A DNA stretch of 64,000 bases from Alphaproteobacteria bacterium (GTDB taxonomy: Bacteria > Pseudomonadota > Alphaproteobacteria > SP197): positions 2,263,032-2,327,031 of the forward strand of contig OZ242015.1 in assembly GCA_965204785.1 (NCBI GenBank), in the 5' to 3' direction. A model generated the notes under the pieces. The model did not search any database and was not told the origin of the DNA. It saw only the letters and a program-made list of their open reading frames with translations. The position numbers and the translations under genes are program-made. Below are positions 18,901 through 26,554 of this stretch, piece after piece; positions within the stretch are counted from its first letter, which is position 1, and each line of letters starts with the position of its first letter.

Positions 18901-21485
18901 GTATTCGCGGGCACGGCCACGAGCAAGCCGAACGGGAGGAAGTCTCTGAAGGCGAGCGAACCCACCTCGATGTCGTTCGCCGAATTGTCGATCGTGTAGG
19001 TCAGCCTGGAAACCCCGCCCGGATCGACCGTGGCCGGCGAAAACGCCTTGGCGAAGCCCGGCGCCTCGGCCGGCGCAGTGACCGTCAGCGTCGCTTCGGC
19101 GGGCGTGCTGGCGCCCAGCGTCGAGGTCACGCTCTGCGTGTCGTTGCGGTAACTTCCCGCAGCCGCGGAGGTCACGTCCACGGCGATCGTGCAGCTCGCA
19201 CCCGCCACAATCAACCCGCCGGACCAGGAGACCTCGCCGCCGCCCGCAGCCGCCGTCAGCCTGCCGCCGGGGCAGGTCTTCCGCGCATTGGGGGGATCGG
19301 CCAGCACGACACCGGCGGGCAGCGTGTCCGACAGCGAAACCGACCTCGCCTCGACCGCCGCCCCGTTGCCCAGGCCATAGGTCAGCCGCGAGACCCCGCC
19401 AGGATCGATCGTCGACGGAGAGAACTCCATCGAGACCGACAGCGGCGCATCGTTCACCGTCAGCGTCGCCGAAGCGCCCGACGCGGCAACGGGCAGGTCC
19501 GAACTCAGGCCGCCCGACGTGCCGGTCAGCGTGCCGGACCGCGTGGGCTGCACGTCAAGGGAAATCGTGCAGGTTCCGCCGGCCGCAATGGTTCCCCTTG
19601 AGAAAAGCACCCTGCCTCTGGCGGATTGATTACTCGTTTGCAGGCGTGGATTCCCGCAACCCACCAGCGACGTATTCGCGGGCACGGCCACGAGCAAGCC
19701 GGACGGGAGGAAGTCTCTGAAGGCGAGCGAACCCACCTCGATGGTGTTGGCCGTATTGTCGATCGTGTAGGTCAGCCTGGAAACCCCGCCCGGATCGACC
19801 GTGGCAGGCGAAAAAGCCTTGGCGAAGCCCGGCGCCTCGGCCGGCGCAGTGACCGTCAGCGTCGCTTCGTTGGGCGTGCTGACGCCCAGCGACGAGGTCA
19901 CGCTCACCCTGTCATTCCGGTAACTTCCGGCGGCCGCGGAGGTCACGTCGACGGCGATCGTGCAGGTGTCGTTTACCTCAACCAGCCCGCCGGACCAGGA
20001 GACTTCGCCGCCGCCGGCCGGGGCCCTCAGCGTGCCGCCAAAGCAGCCCGACTGCGCATTGGGGGGATCGGCCACCACGACACCGGCGGGCAACGTATCG
20101 GACAGCAAAACCGACGTCGCCGGGATCAACGCCCGGTTGCGCAGCAGATATCTCAACCTGGAGACCCCGCCCTGATCGATCGTCGACGGCGAGAACGTCA
20201 TCAGGACCGACAGCGGTGTCTCGTCCACCGTCAGCGTCGCCGAGGCGCCAGGCGCGTCATCGGGCAGATCCGACGTCAGGACGCCCGACGTGCCGGTCAA
20301 CGTGCCGGCCCGCAGCGCCTCCACGTCAACGGAGAGCGTACAGCTTTGCCCGGCCGCGACGCTGCCGCCGGAGAAGACGAGCGAGGTCGCCGCCTCGGCG
20401 GGCGCGAAGGTGCCGCCGCAGGTCGTCGACGCATTGGGCGTCGGGGCCACGGCCAGGCCGGCCGGGAAGTCATCGGTGAAGGCGAGCCCGCCCACATCGA
20501 TCAGGTTCGCCGTATTGTCGATCGTGTAGGTCAGCGTCGAGACAACGCCCGGATCGACCGTGGCCGGGGAGAAGACCTTGGAAAAGACCAACGTCTCGGG
20601 CTCGGGCGCAGTGCCCCGCACGACCGTCAGGGTCGCCGAGGCGCCCGGCGTGGCAACGGGCAGGTCCGAGGTCAGTTCGCGCGACGTGCCGGTCAGCGTG
20701 CCGGTCAGCGAGGGCCGCACGTCAACGGAAATCGTGCAGGTCCCGCCGGCCGCAACGGTTCCCCCTGAAAACGTCACCCTGCCTGTACCGGATGAATTCC
20801 TCGTTTGCACGAATCCAGCTTCGCAACCCACCACCGGCCCGGAGGAGGCCACGGTCACGCCGGCCGGGAGGAAGTCCATAAAGGCGAGCGAACCCACCGC
20901 GATGGCGTTCGCCACGTTGTCGATCGTGTAGGTCAACGTCGAGACCTCGTTCACCTCGACCGTGGCCGGGGAGTAGGCCTTGGAAAAGACCAACGTCTCG
21001 GGCTCGATCGGAGTGCCCGGCGGAACGACCGTCAGGGTCGCCGAGGCGCCCGGCGTGGCAACGGGCAGGTCCGAGGTCAGTTCGCCCGACGTGTCGGTCA
21101 GCGTGCCGGTCAGCGAGGGCCGCACGACAACGGAAATCGTGCAGGTCCCGCCGGCCGCAACGGTTCCCCCTGAAAACGTCACACTGCCTGTACCGAATTG
21201 ATTCCTCGTTCGCACGAATCCAGCTTCGCAACCCACCGCCGGCCCGGAGGAGGTCACAGTCACGCCGGCCGGGAGGGAGTCGACAAAGGCGAGCGAACCC
21301 ACGGCAATGGCGTTGGCCGTATTGTCGATCTTGTAGGTCAGCGTCGAGGTCCCGCCCGTCTCGACCGTGGCCGGGGAGTAGGCCTTGGAAAAGCCCAACG
21401 TTTGGGCCGCGACCGGCACGGCCTGCAATATGGCGAAGCCCGCCAGGAGACAGACTATGGCGAGTGATCTGGCAAAAAACCGCAT
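12981..21485 (-). CDS. Giant (2834 aa) autotransporter-like adhesin: signal peptide, ~18 DUF11-type Ig-like modules, prealbumin-like spacer, C-terminal ~300-aa beta-barrel domain
   Basis: Uninterrupted ORF in the track (12981..21605). The ATG at 21485 gives MRFFARSLAIVCLLAGFAILQAVPVAAQ. Modules repeat FSPATVDPGGVSRLTYTIDN...LPxG...C...GGTCTIxxDV. The C-terminus (INSFLTRRADLILSSEPNPGRRFGRL, then alternating-hydrophobic strands to GLTFELSIPLH) resembles an autotransporter linker and barrel. Confidence 0.9.
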   Translation of the reverse strand: MRFFARSLAIVCLLAGFAILQAVPVAAQTLGFSKAYSPATVETGGTSTLTYKIDNTANAIAVGSLAFVDSLPAGVTVTSSGPAVGCEAGFVRTRNQFGTGSVTFSGGTVAAGGTCTISVVVRPSLTGTLTDTSGELTSDLPVATPGASATLTVVPPGTPIEPETLVFSKAYSPATVEVNEVSTLTYTIDNVANAIAVGSLAFMDFLPAGVTVASSGPVVGCEAGFVQTRNSSGTGRVTFSGGTVAAGGTCTISVDVRPSLTGTLTGTSRELTSDLPVATPGASATLTVVRGTAPEPETLVFSKVFSPATVDPGVVSTLTYTIDNTANLIDVGGLAFTDDFPAGLAVAPTPNASTTCGGTFAPAEAATSLVFSGGSVAAGQSCTLSVDVEALRAGTLTGTSGVLTSDLPDDAPGASATLTVDETPLSVLMTFSPSTIDQGGVSRLRYLLRNRALIPATSVLLSDTLPAGVVVADPPNAQSGCFGGTLRAPAGGGEVSWSGGLVEVNDTCTIAVDVTSAAAGSYRNDRVSVTSSLGVSTPNEATLTVTAPAEAPGFAKAFSPATVDPGGVSRLTYTIDNTANTIEVGSLAFRDFLPSGLLVAVPANTSLVGCGNPRLQTSNQSARGRVLFSRGTIAAGGTCTISLDVQPTRSGTLTGTSGGLSSDLPVAASGASATLTVNDAPLSVSMEFSPSTIDPGGVSRLTYGLGNGAAVEARSVSLSDTLPAGVVLADPPNARKTCPGGRLTAAAGGGEVSWSGGLIVAGASCTIAVDVTSAAAGSYRNDTQSVTSTLGASTPAEATLTVTAPAEAPGFAKAFSPATVDPGGVSRLTYTIDNSANDIEVGSLAFRDFLPFGLLVAVPANTSLVGCGNPRLRTSNNQSVRGRVLFSRGTVAAGGTCTISVDVRPTRSGTLTGTSGNLSSDLSVAVSGASATLTVNDAPLSVSMSFSPSTIDQGGVSRLSYGLDNGAAVDARSVSLSDTLPGDVVLADPPNVQRTCAGGRLTAAAGGGEVSWSGGLIVAGASCTIAVDVTSAAAGSYRNDTQSVTSTLGASAPAEATLTVDAAAALGFAKAFSPATVDPGGVSRLTYTIDNTANDIEVGSLAFRDFLPSSLLVAVPANTSLVGCGNPRLQASNQSARGRVLFSRGTIAAGGTCTISLDVQPTRSGTLTGTSGNLSSDLSVAVSGASATLTVNDAPLSVSMSFSPSTIDQGGVSRLTYGLDNGAAVAARSVSLSDTLPGDVVLADPPNVQRTCAGGRLTAAAGGGEVSWSGGLIVAGASCTIAVDVTSAAAGSYRNDTQSVTSSLGASAPAEATLTVDAAAALGFAKAFSPATVDPGGVSRLTYTIDNTANTIEVGSLAFRDFLPSGLLVAVPANTSLVGCGNPRLQTSNQSARGRVLLSRGTIAAGGTCTISLDVQPTRSGPLTGTSGNLSSDLSVAVSGASATLTVNDAPLSVSMSFSPSTIDQGGVSRLTYGLDNGASVAARSVSLSDTLPAGVVLADPPNVRRTCAGGRLTAAAGGGEVSWSGGLIVAGASCTIAVDVTSAAAGSYRNATQSVTSSLGASTPAEATLTVDAATVTPAEAPGFAKAFSPATVAPGGLSRLTYTIDNTANDIAVGSLAFRDFLPSGLLVAVPANTSLVGCGNPRLQTSNQSARGRVLFSRGTIAAGGTCTISLDVRPTRSGPLTGTSGNLSSDLSVAVSGASATLMVNDAPLSVSMEFSPSTIDQGGVSRLTYGLDNGAAVDARSVSLSDTLPAGVVLADPPNVRRTCAGGRLTAAAGGGEVSWSGGLIVAGASCTIAVDVTSAAAGSYRNDTQSVTSTLGASALAEATLTVDAVAAPGFAKAFSPATVAPGGVSRLTYTIDNTANDIAVGSLAFRDFLPSGLLVAVPANTSLVGCGNPRLQASNQSARGRVLFSRGTIAAGGTCTISLDVQPTRSGTLTGTSGNLSSDLSVAVSGASATLTVNEAPLSVSMEFSPSTIDQGGVSRLTYGLDNGVAVAARSVSLSDTLPAGVVLADPPNVRRTCPGGRLTAAAGGGEVSWSGGLIVAGASCTIAVDVTSAAAGSYPNDTQSVTSSLGASAPAEATLTVDAAAGFAAATLTVDTAVAPGFAKVFSPATVDPGGVSTLSFTIDNAANAIAVGSLAFDDAFPEGLAVAPEPNADNGCGGAFAPAASATSLAFSGGLVAAGGTCTLSVDVQALQVGTLTGTSGDLSSDLSVAVSGVSATLTVNEAPLSVSLAFSPATVDQGGVSRLSYGLDNGAAVAARSVSLSDTLPAGVVLADPPNAQTTCSGGTLTAQGGGNTFTITGGTLMAQAGGNTFTFTGGALDAGASCTVAVDVTSAVAGSYPNATQSVTSSLGASAPAEATLTVTQAGAPLTVAQAGAPGRGQVTFNVASDTDGIFRFSSAEPALTTSLEVNGGTGSTGVLPVATGSHSVAVAAPTGVALTAIACDDTDSTADVSAATVSVTLDASEDVTCTLTAQSSVQRTVETINSFLTRRADLILSSEPNPGRRFGRLKRGLDQTRSVRLSNWDIQALLPFTVKGGDGDYAFSTSLPQVSHAAASAELLTLGAEGEVTYVENNRFDAWFEAQYRDFGDSADGRGDFTIAYAGVDYLLTPDVLVGALGSFDRMEESTSTGKVSGSGYMFGPYTTARLTPNLYFDGRFAIGRSYNEISPFKTYTDSFQTGRWLAMASLTGEVQYDNWTIRPHTSLSYLEETQKGYVDSVGATIPSQTVRLGQFKVGPTFTREFTGPEGQNYSFYLTADAIYNTDDTTGVTLSDTNGEVGGWRARLKSGVGMTTDDGTRLSFGATHDGIGQSDFESWGLTFELSIPLH
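15100..19850. repeat. Array of about six 768-bp (256-codon, two-module) tandem repeats inside giant gene 2; boundaries approximate
   Basis: Near-identical mirror ORFs start at 15328, 16096, 16879, 17647, 18415 and 19189 (spacings 768/783/768/768/774), and at 15765, 16533, 17316, 18084, 18852 and 19626. The protein repeats (A/P)GFAKAFSPATV...TLTVNDAPLSVSMxFSPSTIDQGGV...ATLTV six times. Confidence 0.9.
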
Positions 21486-21830
21486 GGCGCACTTAACATG
21501 GCGCACTTCAAGGATTGACGGTTGGCCCGATGGCAGGGCGGTCTTGCCTGTGCCGGGATCGCATGGATTATGCGAGGGGGAGGAGGAGAGGCAAACCATT
21601 GTCAAAGGCTTATCGCTTCAGGTTCCGGCCTTCAGGTTCCGGCGAGACCGAACATCTTGTATGTGAGTGGCGATGAAGAGCGCTACGCTCTCGTCTTCGG
21701 CCGCGAATGCCTCAGCACCGTTCATACGCCTGTCGTCCCCACGTCCACTGTGCGATCCCCTCGCTTCTTTCATTCCTTGCATAGCGGCCTGCTTATGTAA
21801 AGGGCATCGGATCATGCAAAGGGCATCGAC
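21367..21830. repeat. Copy B of the ~465-bp duplicated 5' end plus leader/promoter region (partner 11961..12425)
   Basis: See copy A. Offset is 9406 before and 9405 after the 1-nt indel. Confidence 0.9.
21600..21642 (-). promoter_or_regulatory. Second copy of the CCGGAACCTGAAG x2 direct repeat plus TTGACA hexamer upstream of giant gene 2
   Basis: cttcaggttccgg at 21616-21628 and 21630-21642; tgtcaa at 21600-21605. Confidence 0.3.
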
Positions 21831-21881
21831 TCATGAAACGGCAAGAATCGGTGTGAAAACAGCCACCTGTCCCGAGGGTAA

Positions 21882-22035
21882 GATGGTGCCAGCATCGCCG
21901 AGACGCAGCGGGCCTTGGGCTGGCAGGAACACAGCGTTCGTGGCTTCCTCTCCGGAACCGTCAAGAAGATGGCGGGCGTGATCCTCGTCTCCGGGAAAGG
22001 CGACACCGGCCCACGGCGCCATCGCATCGAAGCGG
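21882..22035 (+). pseudogene. DUF3489-family gene, C-terminal fragment only
   Basis: The frame opens after a TAA at 21879-21881 and reads DGASIAETQRALGWQEHSVRGFLSGTVKKMAGVILVSGKGDTGPRRHRIE. The (T)GWQxHSVRGFLSG core is the DUF3489 signature as I remember it. The N-terminal half is missing, at the edge of the duplicated block. Confidence 0.6.
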
Positions 22036-22059
22036 CCGGGCATGAGCGCCATGGCGAGG

Positions 22060-22591
<532 letters not shown>

Positions 22592-22592
22592 C

Positions 22593-23099
22593 ATGGCCAC
22601 GCACACCATCATGCTGCCCGACTGGCGCTACGGACGCGCCCGGCGCACCATCCTCTGGGACGACGAGGCCGGGACGTTCTCCGGCGATCACGGCGATGTG
22701 CCATGGCTCAACGAGCAGGTCGGCGGCGAGCCGGGATGGCTCGTCAAGGAAGAGATCCGCATCTGGCTCGAGGACCCGGCCCACAGGCCGGGCGACCTCA
22801 TCTGGCTGCTGGGCGACATCTGGGCCGGCGTCCACACGCCGGGTGAGATCTACCAGGGCATTACCGTCACCCTGCCGCCCGTCTTCGACGGCGGCCAGAC
22901 GGAGTACGAGCACCTCTCCCCCATGGTCACCTTCCCCGACGGTCACAAGGCGCTATGCCCCGCGCTCCTGGTCGACGAGGACGGTGAGATAATCGGTGAC
23001 CCGCCTCCCAACGCGGAATACACCCTCACCGACGAGCCCGCCCCGGGAGCAGCCAGGCGCACCACCGACGGCCAGCTCATCAGGTTCTGCCTGGCCTGA
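22593..23099 (+). CDS. Hypothetical protein, 168 aa, no family recognised
   Basis: ATG at 22593 immediately after the upstream stop: MATHTIMLPDWRYGRARRTILWDDEAGTFSGDHGDVPWLNEQV.... Acidic, non-shadow composition. Its 3' end is duplicated at 12433..12532. Confidence 0.55.
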   Translation: MATHTIMLPDWRYGRARRTILWDDEAGTFSGDHGDVPWLNEQVGGEPGWLVKEEIRIWLEDPAHRPGDLIWLLGDIWAGVHTPGEIYQGITVTLPPVFDGGQTEYEHLSPMVTFPDGHKALCPALLVDEDGEIIGDPPPNAEYTLTDEPAPGAARRTTDGQLIRFCLA

Positions 23100-23165
23100 C
23101 GTCCCGGCCCGGCCGCGCCGTTTCACACGCCGCGAACGTCTCCCGATTTAGCGCCGTTTCACACC

Positions 23166-23278
23166 CCGTGAACGGGTGTTTCCGGGGCCGTTCCGCGCCC
23201 CTGAAACGGGTCTCGATTTATCGCCGTTTTGCACCCCCGAAACGCCCGGAAATCGCCCCCGGAAACACCCGTTCACGG
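23166..23278. repeat. Perfect 22-bp inverted repeat (ccgtgaacgggtgtttccgggg / ccccggaaacacccgttcacgg) with a 69-nt spacer, inside a non-coding stretch rich in GAAAC/GTTTC motifs
   Basis: Arms at 23166-23187 and 23257-23278, checked base by base. Nearby motifs: ccgtttcacac (x2), ctgaaacggg, ccgaaacgcc, ggaaatcgcc, ggaaacgccc. Confidence 0.9.
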
Positions 23279-23414
23279 CGGATTCTTAAAAACTTTCCAC
23301 TCCCTCAGGAAACGCCCGTAAGCCCTTGATATCCCGCCTCTTCCGCCTTCTTCCCACCTTCTTCCCGATTCACAAAGACTTTCCGTCCCCACACACTCGC
23401 CACCGACACCTTAC

Positions 23415-23622
23415 ATGGACATCACCGTGCCCTGGACGCAATCGCATTGGGCCAGTGTCCTGATGCTCGCGATCAACGCGCTGAGCTACACCGTGTTCCT
23501 TTACGTGCTGCAGAGAACCGGTTTCGTCTTCGCGGCCCAGGGGCCACTATGTCGCGACCATCACCGGCGTCCTGTGGAGCATGACCCTGGTGCAGGAGCG
23601 AAAAAATGTCCGTGCGCCCTGA
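23415..23622 (+). pseudogene. DMT/EamA transporter, C-terminal fragment with a frameshift
   Basis: ...WASVLMLAINALSYTVFLYVLQRTGFVFAAQ, then a +1 frame reads GHYVATITGVLWSMTLVQERKNVRAP and stops at 23620-23622. This is typical of the last TM helices of an EamA domain. It is far too short for a full transporter. Confidence 0.55.
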
Positions 23623-23659
23623 CGGAAAGGGACCCAGCGCGAAAAATCGAAAACTAGCC

Positions 23660-24710
23660 CATGCACCCTAAAACCCGGGCTGATCGCCAAACAGTGTTTG
23701 TTCGTTAATTGTTTCTATATGATGGATCGGTGGTTTTGGTGCGGGATGTTTGCTGTGTGGTTTTCATGAGTGACGTCGCCGATGGTTGGCTCCGTGCATG
23801 GATCGACGAATCACGTTCGACGATGACACGGCTGAGGGTGTGGCAGAGGCTTGGCGTTTCCTCACCGCCCTGTGTCGTCCATCGGCTTATATGGGGTTTG
23901 TTGGGTTTCAAGGCGTTGTGATCCATGGATGGAACCTGATTTGAGTGCCGCGGCGCACGCCGCGTAAACCTGTATCCAATCGGGTTTTCGTTTGCCGCAC
24001 CAGGGTCCCTCATGCACGGGCGTGCGAGGGCGCGGGCTCCAGGGGGAGGATGGGGCCCGCCTTGATTGCAGCGTTTTGCAGCTATGGCCGAAGCCGATCA
24101 CACATGCTCCCTGGATCCTGTCATCGCCATGGGCGCTGCTGTCAGGCCTTGAGTACGGCGCCGTCAGGGACGAGGCCGGTTTCAAGGCGGAGCCACAGGG
24201 CGATGGTGAGTTTGCGGGCCATGGCGACGATGGTGCTGCGCCGGGTGCGTCGCTTTTGCATGCCGACGCGCTCGCGGAACCAGAGGCTGAGCGCGCTTTG
24301 GGGCCGGTGGCGCAGCCACAGCCGGACGCGTTCGATGGCGGCGCTGCGGGCCCTGGGGTTCCCGATCCTGGAGATACCCCGGTCGCGGCTCGATCCGCCG
24401 CTCCCCAAGGGCGGCCCGCGAGATCCGGACAGCTTCCCAACCGACGCCGGCTGGCGAAGTCTCGGCGATAGACCTCGCCTGTAAGCACGGTGGCGAACAA
24501 GGCCCCCGATGCCCTTGAAGGCGGTGAGCCCGACAATCCTGTCGGCATGGGGATGGTCCCTGACCTGGCCCGAGGCGATCGCATCGCGCTCGGCCTCGAG
24601 CCGCACGTGCCGTCCGTGCCATGACCGACCACCTCGCCTTCACCGGGGGCTTGCCGAGCTCCGGTTCCCCCGCTTCGCGCCATGCCTGCAGCGTGTCGTT
24701 GTCGAGGCAG
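23660..24710 (-). mobile_element. IS110-family (IS1111-subgroup-like) insertion sequence remnant: C-terminal ~190 codons of the transposase (24142..~24710, frameshifted, N-terminal DEDD domain missing) plus ~480 bp of lower-GC non-coding 3' end
   Basis: 24142..24606 frame: LTAFKGIG...SGGSSRDRGISRIGNPRARSAAIERVRLWLRHRPQSALSLWFRERVGMQKRRTRRSTIVAMARKLTIALWLRLETGLVPDGAVLKA. A second frame supplies ATVLTGEVYRRDFASRRRLGS. This matches the remembered IS1111-type C-terminus (...SReqGISKaGN...AWxWLRxQPxSALSxWfxxRF...IVAlARKLlIALWRyLETGxvPeGA). The left boundary is estimated from the GC drop. Confidence 0.7.
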
Positions 24711-24721
24711 CGGTGCGGCGC

Positions 24722-25100
24722 AGACCTCCACGATGGTCTCAAGGCCCGATGCCAGATGTTCCGAACCGCCATATTCAAAGGTGATCGCCCTGCCTTTAAC
24801 AGGAACAAAAGCAGTGCGGAAGTTGGTGTGCATCGACCAGGGCTGCATGTTGCGCGCACCGATCGCATAACGGATGTGGTTGGGTACGGCGAAGAGCGCA
24901 CCGGCAGCGCCCAGCTTTTTCAATTCGGCCTGTATGCGTTCCAGCCGGTAGGCGCGCAGTGCGAGCGTATCGATCTGCACGGCACCGTGATCGTGCACCG
25001 AACGCCCCAGCGCCCGTTTCGCCTCGCGGTCATCCACGATGGAGGGCGAGGGTTCCTGAGGTTTGTTTGTGAAGACTCCATGGGCGCCGACCTCCGCCAT
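24722..25100 (-). pseudogene. M24-family (creatinase/Xaa-Pro aminopeptidase/ectoine hydrolase-like) gene, N-terminal ~126 codons only, truncated at the IS remnant
   Basis: ...IDTLALRAYRLERIQAELKKLGAAGALFAVPNHIRYAIGARNMQPWSMHTNFRTAFVPVKGRAITFEYGGSEHLASGLETIVEV resembles the creatinase/prolidase N-terminal domain. No catalytic pita-bread domain follows. The rest of the 412-aa track ORF is read-through into IS sequence. Confidence 0.5.
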
Positions 25101-25237
25101 CGCAGCATCACGTCAGCGATGGACCCGCACCACTGCGTCACCCCGGCCATGAGCCGGGGCCTAGAGAGTTCAGCGTCTGACTTGCGGGGTCCCGGATCGG
25201 CGGCCTGACGGCCTTGTCCGGTATGGCAGCAGCTTTT

Positions 25238-26380
25238 TCAGCCCGTCAAAGCATCCTTCACCCAGGTCTGGAAGGCGTGGACGCAATGTTCGCTGTGGCC
25301 GGCTTCGCCTTCCTGAGCAAAGAGGCGGCCCTGATAATAGCCCTTCGAGCGGATACCGCGCTGGACCCCTTCGTTGAGGTCCTTGTCCTCGGGGCCCAGA
25401 TGCTCGTTGAACCACGCCACCGCGCCGCGGGTTGTTTCGTCTTCGCCCCGGCCCGGCACTTGGTAATAGGCGTTTTCGACAACGCTGGATTCGCCACCGG
25501 TGGGACGCATCAGGAAGGTGGAGATCATGTCCATGTGCGGCCAGTAGTAGATGATCCAGTCGGGCCACAGGTAGAGCGTGATGAAATGGCCGGTGCGGTT
25601 GCTCTTGCCGTCCTCGGGCCAGGGGTAGACCTCGCCCTTGTTCTCGCCTGGGGGCGAGATGATGGCGAGCCAGTTTTTGTGCACCTGCAGCTTGGTGCCC
25701 GGCAGATCGATGATGTCGCAAAGTTCGCGGTGCACCGGGCCGGAATTGGGGAAGTGGTAGCCTTCGATGGCGTTTTCTACGACGACCTTCCAGTTGGCCT
25801 GGATATCGAAATCCTTCTGGCTGGCGACGCGCACGTCCTCCACCTCGGGAAACCATTCACGCACGGTATCCTCGAACCCCGGTGCCCACGCGTGCATCGG
25901 CTTGGCGTTTTCATCCAGGTTGACGAAGACGAAGCTGGCGAATTCCTGTACGCGCACGATGGCGAGGGCAAAATCGGCCTTGTCGAAACCCTTCACGTTC
26001 TCGCAGTTGCGCGCGGTGCGCAGGCCGCCGTCGGTGCCATAAGCCCAAGCATGGTAGGGGCAGGTGATGACCGCCTTCACATTGCCGTTGCCCTGGAGCA
26101 GTTCGTGGGCGCGGTGCTGGCAGACGTTGTAGAAGGCGCGCAGATTGCCGTCGCGCCCGCGTATGACGAAGACGCCCTGCCCGTGAATATCGACCGTGGC
26201 ATAGTCGTCCGGTTCGGCAACCTCACTGGTATGGCAGACGACGCGCCAGGACTTGAAGAAGATCTCCTCCTTCTCGTTCTCGAACACCTCTGGCTTGAAG
26301 TACCAGGGCGACGGCAGGGTGAAGGTCGTCGTGGGGTCGTCGGTAAAATTGCCGACGGGCAAGATATCGGCGGCAGCCAT
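25238..26380 (-). CDS. Rieske [2Fe-2S] non-haem-iron oxygenase alpha subunit (GbcA/CntA/Stc2-like N-methyl/betaine oxygenase family)
   Basis: Rieske motif CQHRAHEL...CPYHAWAY. ATG at 26380 is preceded by GGAGAG. 380 aa, with an SRPBCC-type C-terminal half (NWKVVVENAIEGYHFP). Confidence 0.85.
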   Translation of the reverse strand: MAAADILPVGNFTDDPTTTFTLPSPWYFKPEVFENEKEEIFFKSWRVVCHTSEVAEPDDYATVDIHGQGVFVIRGRDGNLRAFYNVCQHRAHELLQGNGNVKAVITCPYHAWAYGTDGGLRTARNCENVKGFDKADFALAIVRVQEFASFVFVNLDENAKPMHAWAPGFEDTVREWFPEVEDVRVASQKDFDIQANWKVVVENAIEGYHFPNSGPVHRELCDIIDLPGTKLQVHKNWLAIISPPGENKGEVYPWPEDGKSNRTGHFITLYLWPDWIIYYWPHMDMISTFLMRPTGGESSVVENAYYQVPGRGEDETTRGAVAWFNEHLGPEDKDLNEGVQRGIRSKGYYQGRLFAQEGEAGHSEHCVHAFQTWVKDALTG

Positions 26381-26554
26381 GGGGATCTCTCCACTATCGC
26401 AGGAACGTCGTTTATTGAACGAGCGTACAATAACCGGCAACGGGAGTGCAACCGCGCCGATTGCTGCTAAACCATACCGCGCCGACCCGGATCCATCCAA
26501 TGCCTGCAACGACTGAAACCCGCATACCCAGCCCGGAGGGCGCGTCCTAATCCC

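Noticed and set aside
9363-19850. Regular 768-bp periodic repeats considered as a possible CRISPR-like or satellite array
   Set aside because: The units are 768 bp and contiguous without spacers. They sit in one open reading frame and encode protein modules. This has nothing like the 25-50-bp repeat/spacer structure, and there are no cas genes.
1-21485. Diversity-generating retroelement or other templated hypervariation acting on the repeat genes
   Set aside because: No reverse transcriptase gene was found, and no template/variable repeat pair with adenine-specific differences. The differences between units are scattered substitutions of all types.
14040-21492. Plus- and alternative-frame ORFs across giant gene 2 (14040..15740, the 247-aa series at 15765/16533/17316/18084/18852/19626, and 20722..21492 on the minus strand)
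   Set aside because: These are shadow frames of the 12981..21485 CDS. Arg-rich composition and 768-bp periodicity simply reflect the coding repeats.
25214-26470. 418-aa plus-strand ORF
   Set aside because: It is antisense to the Rieske oxygenase gene (25238..26380), which has clear CxH/CxxH motifs. The plus-strand translation has no recognisable features.
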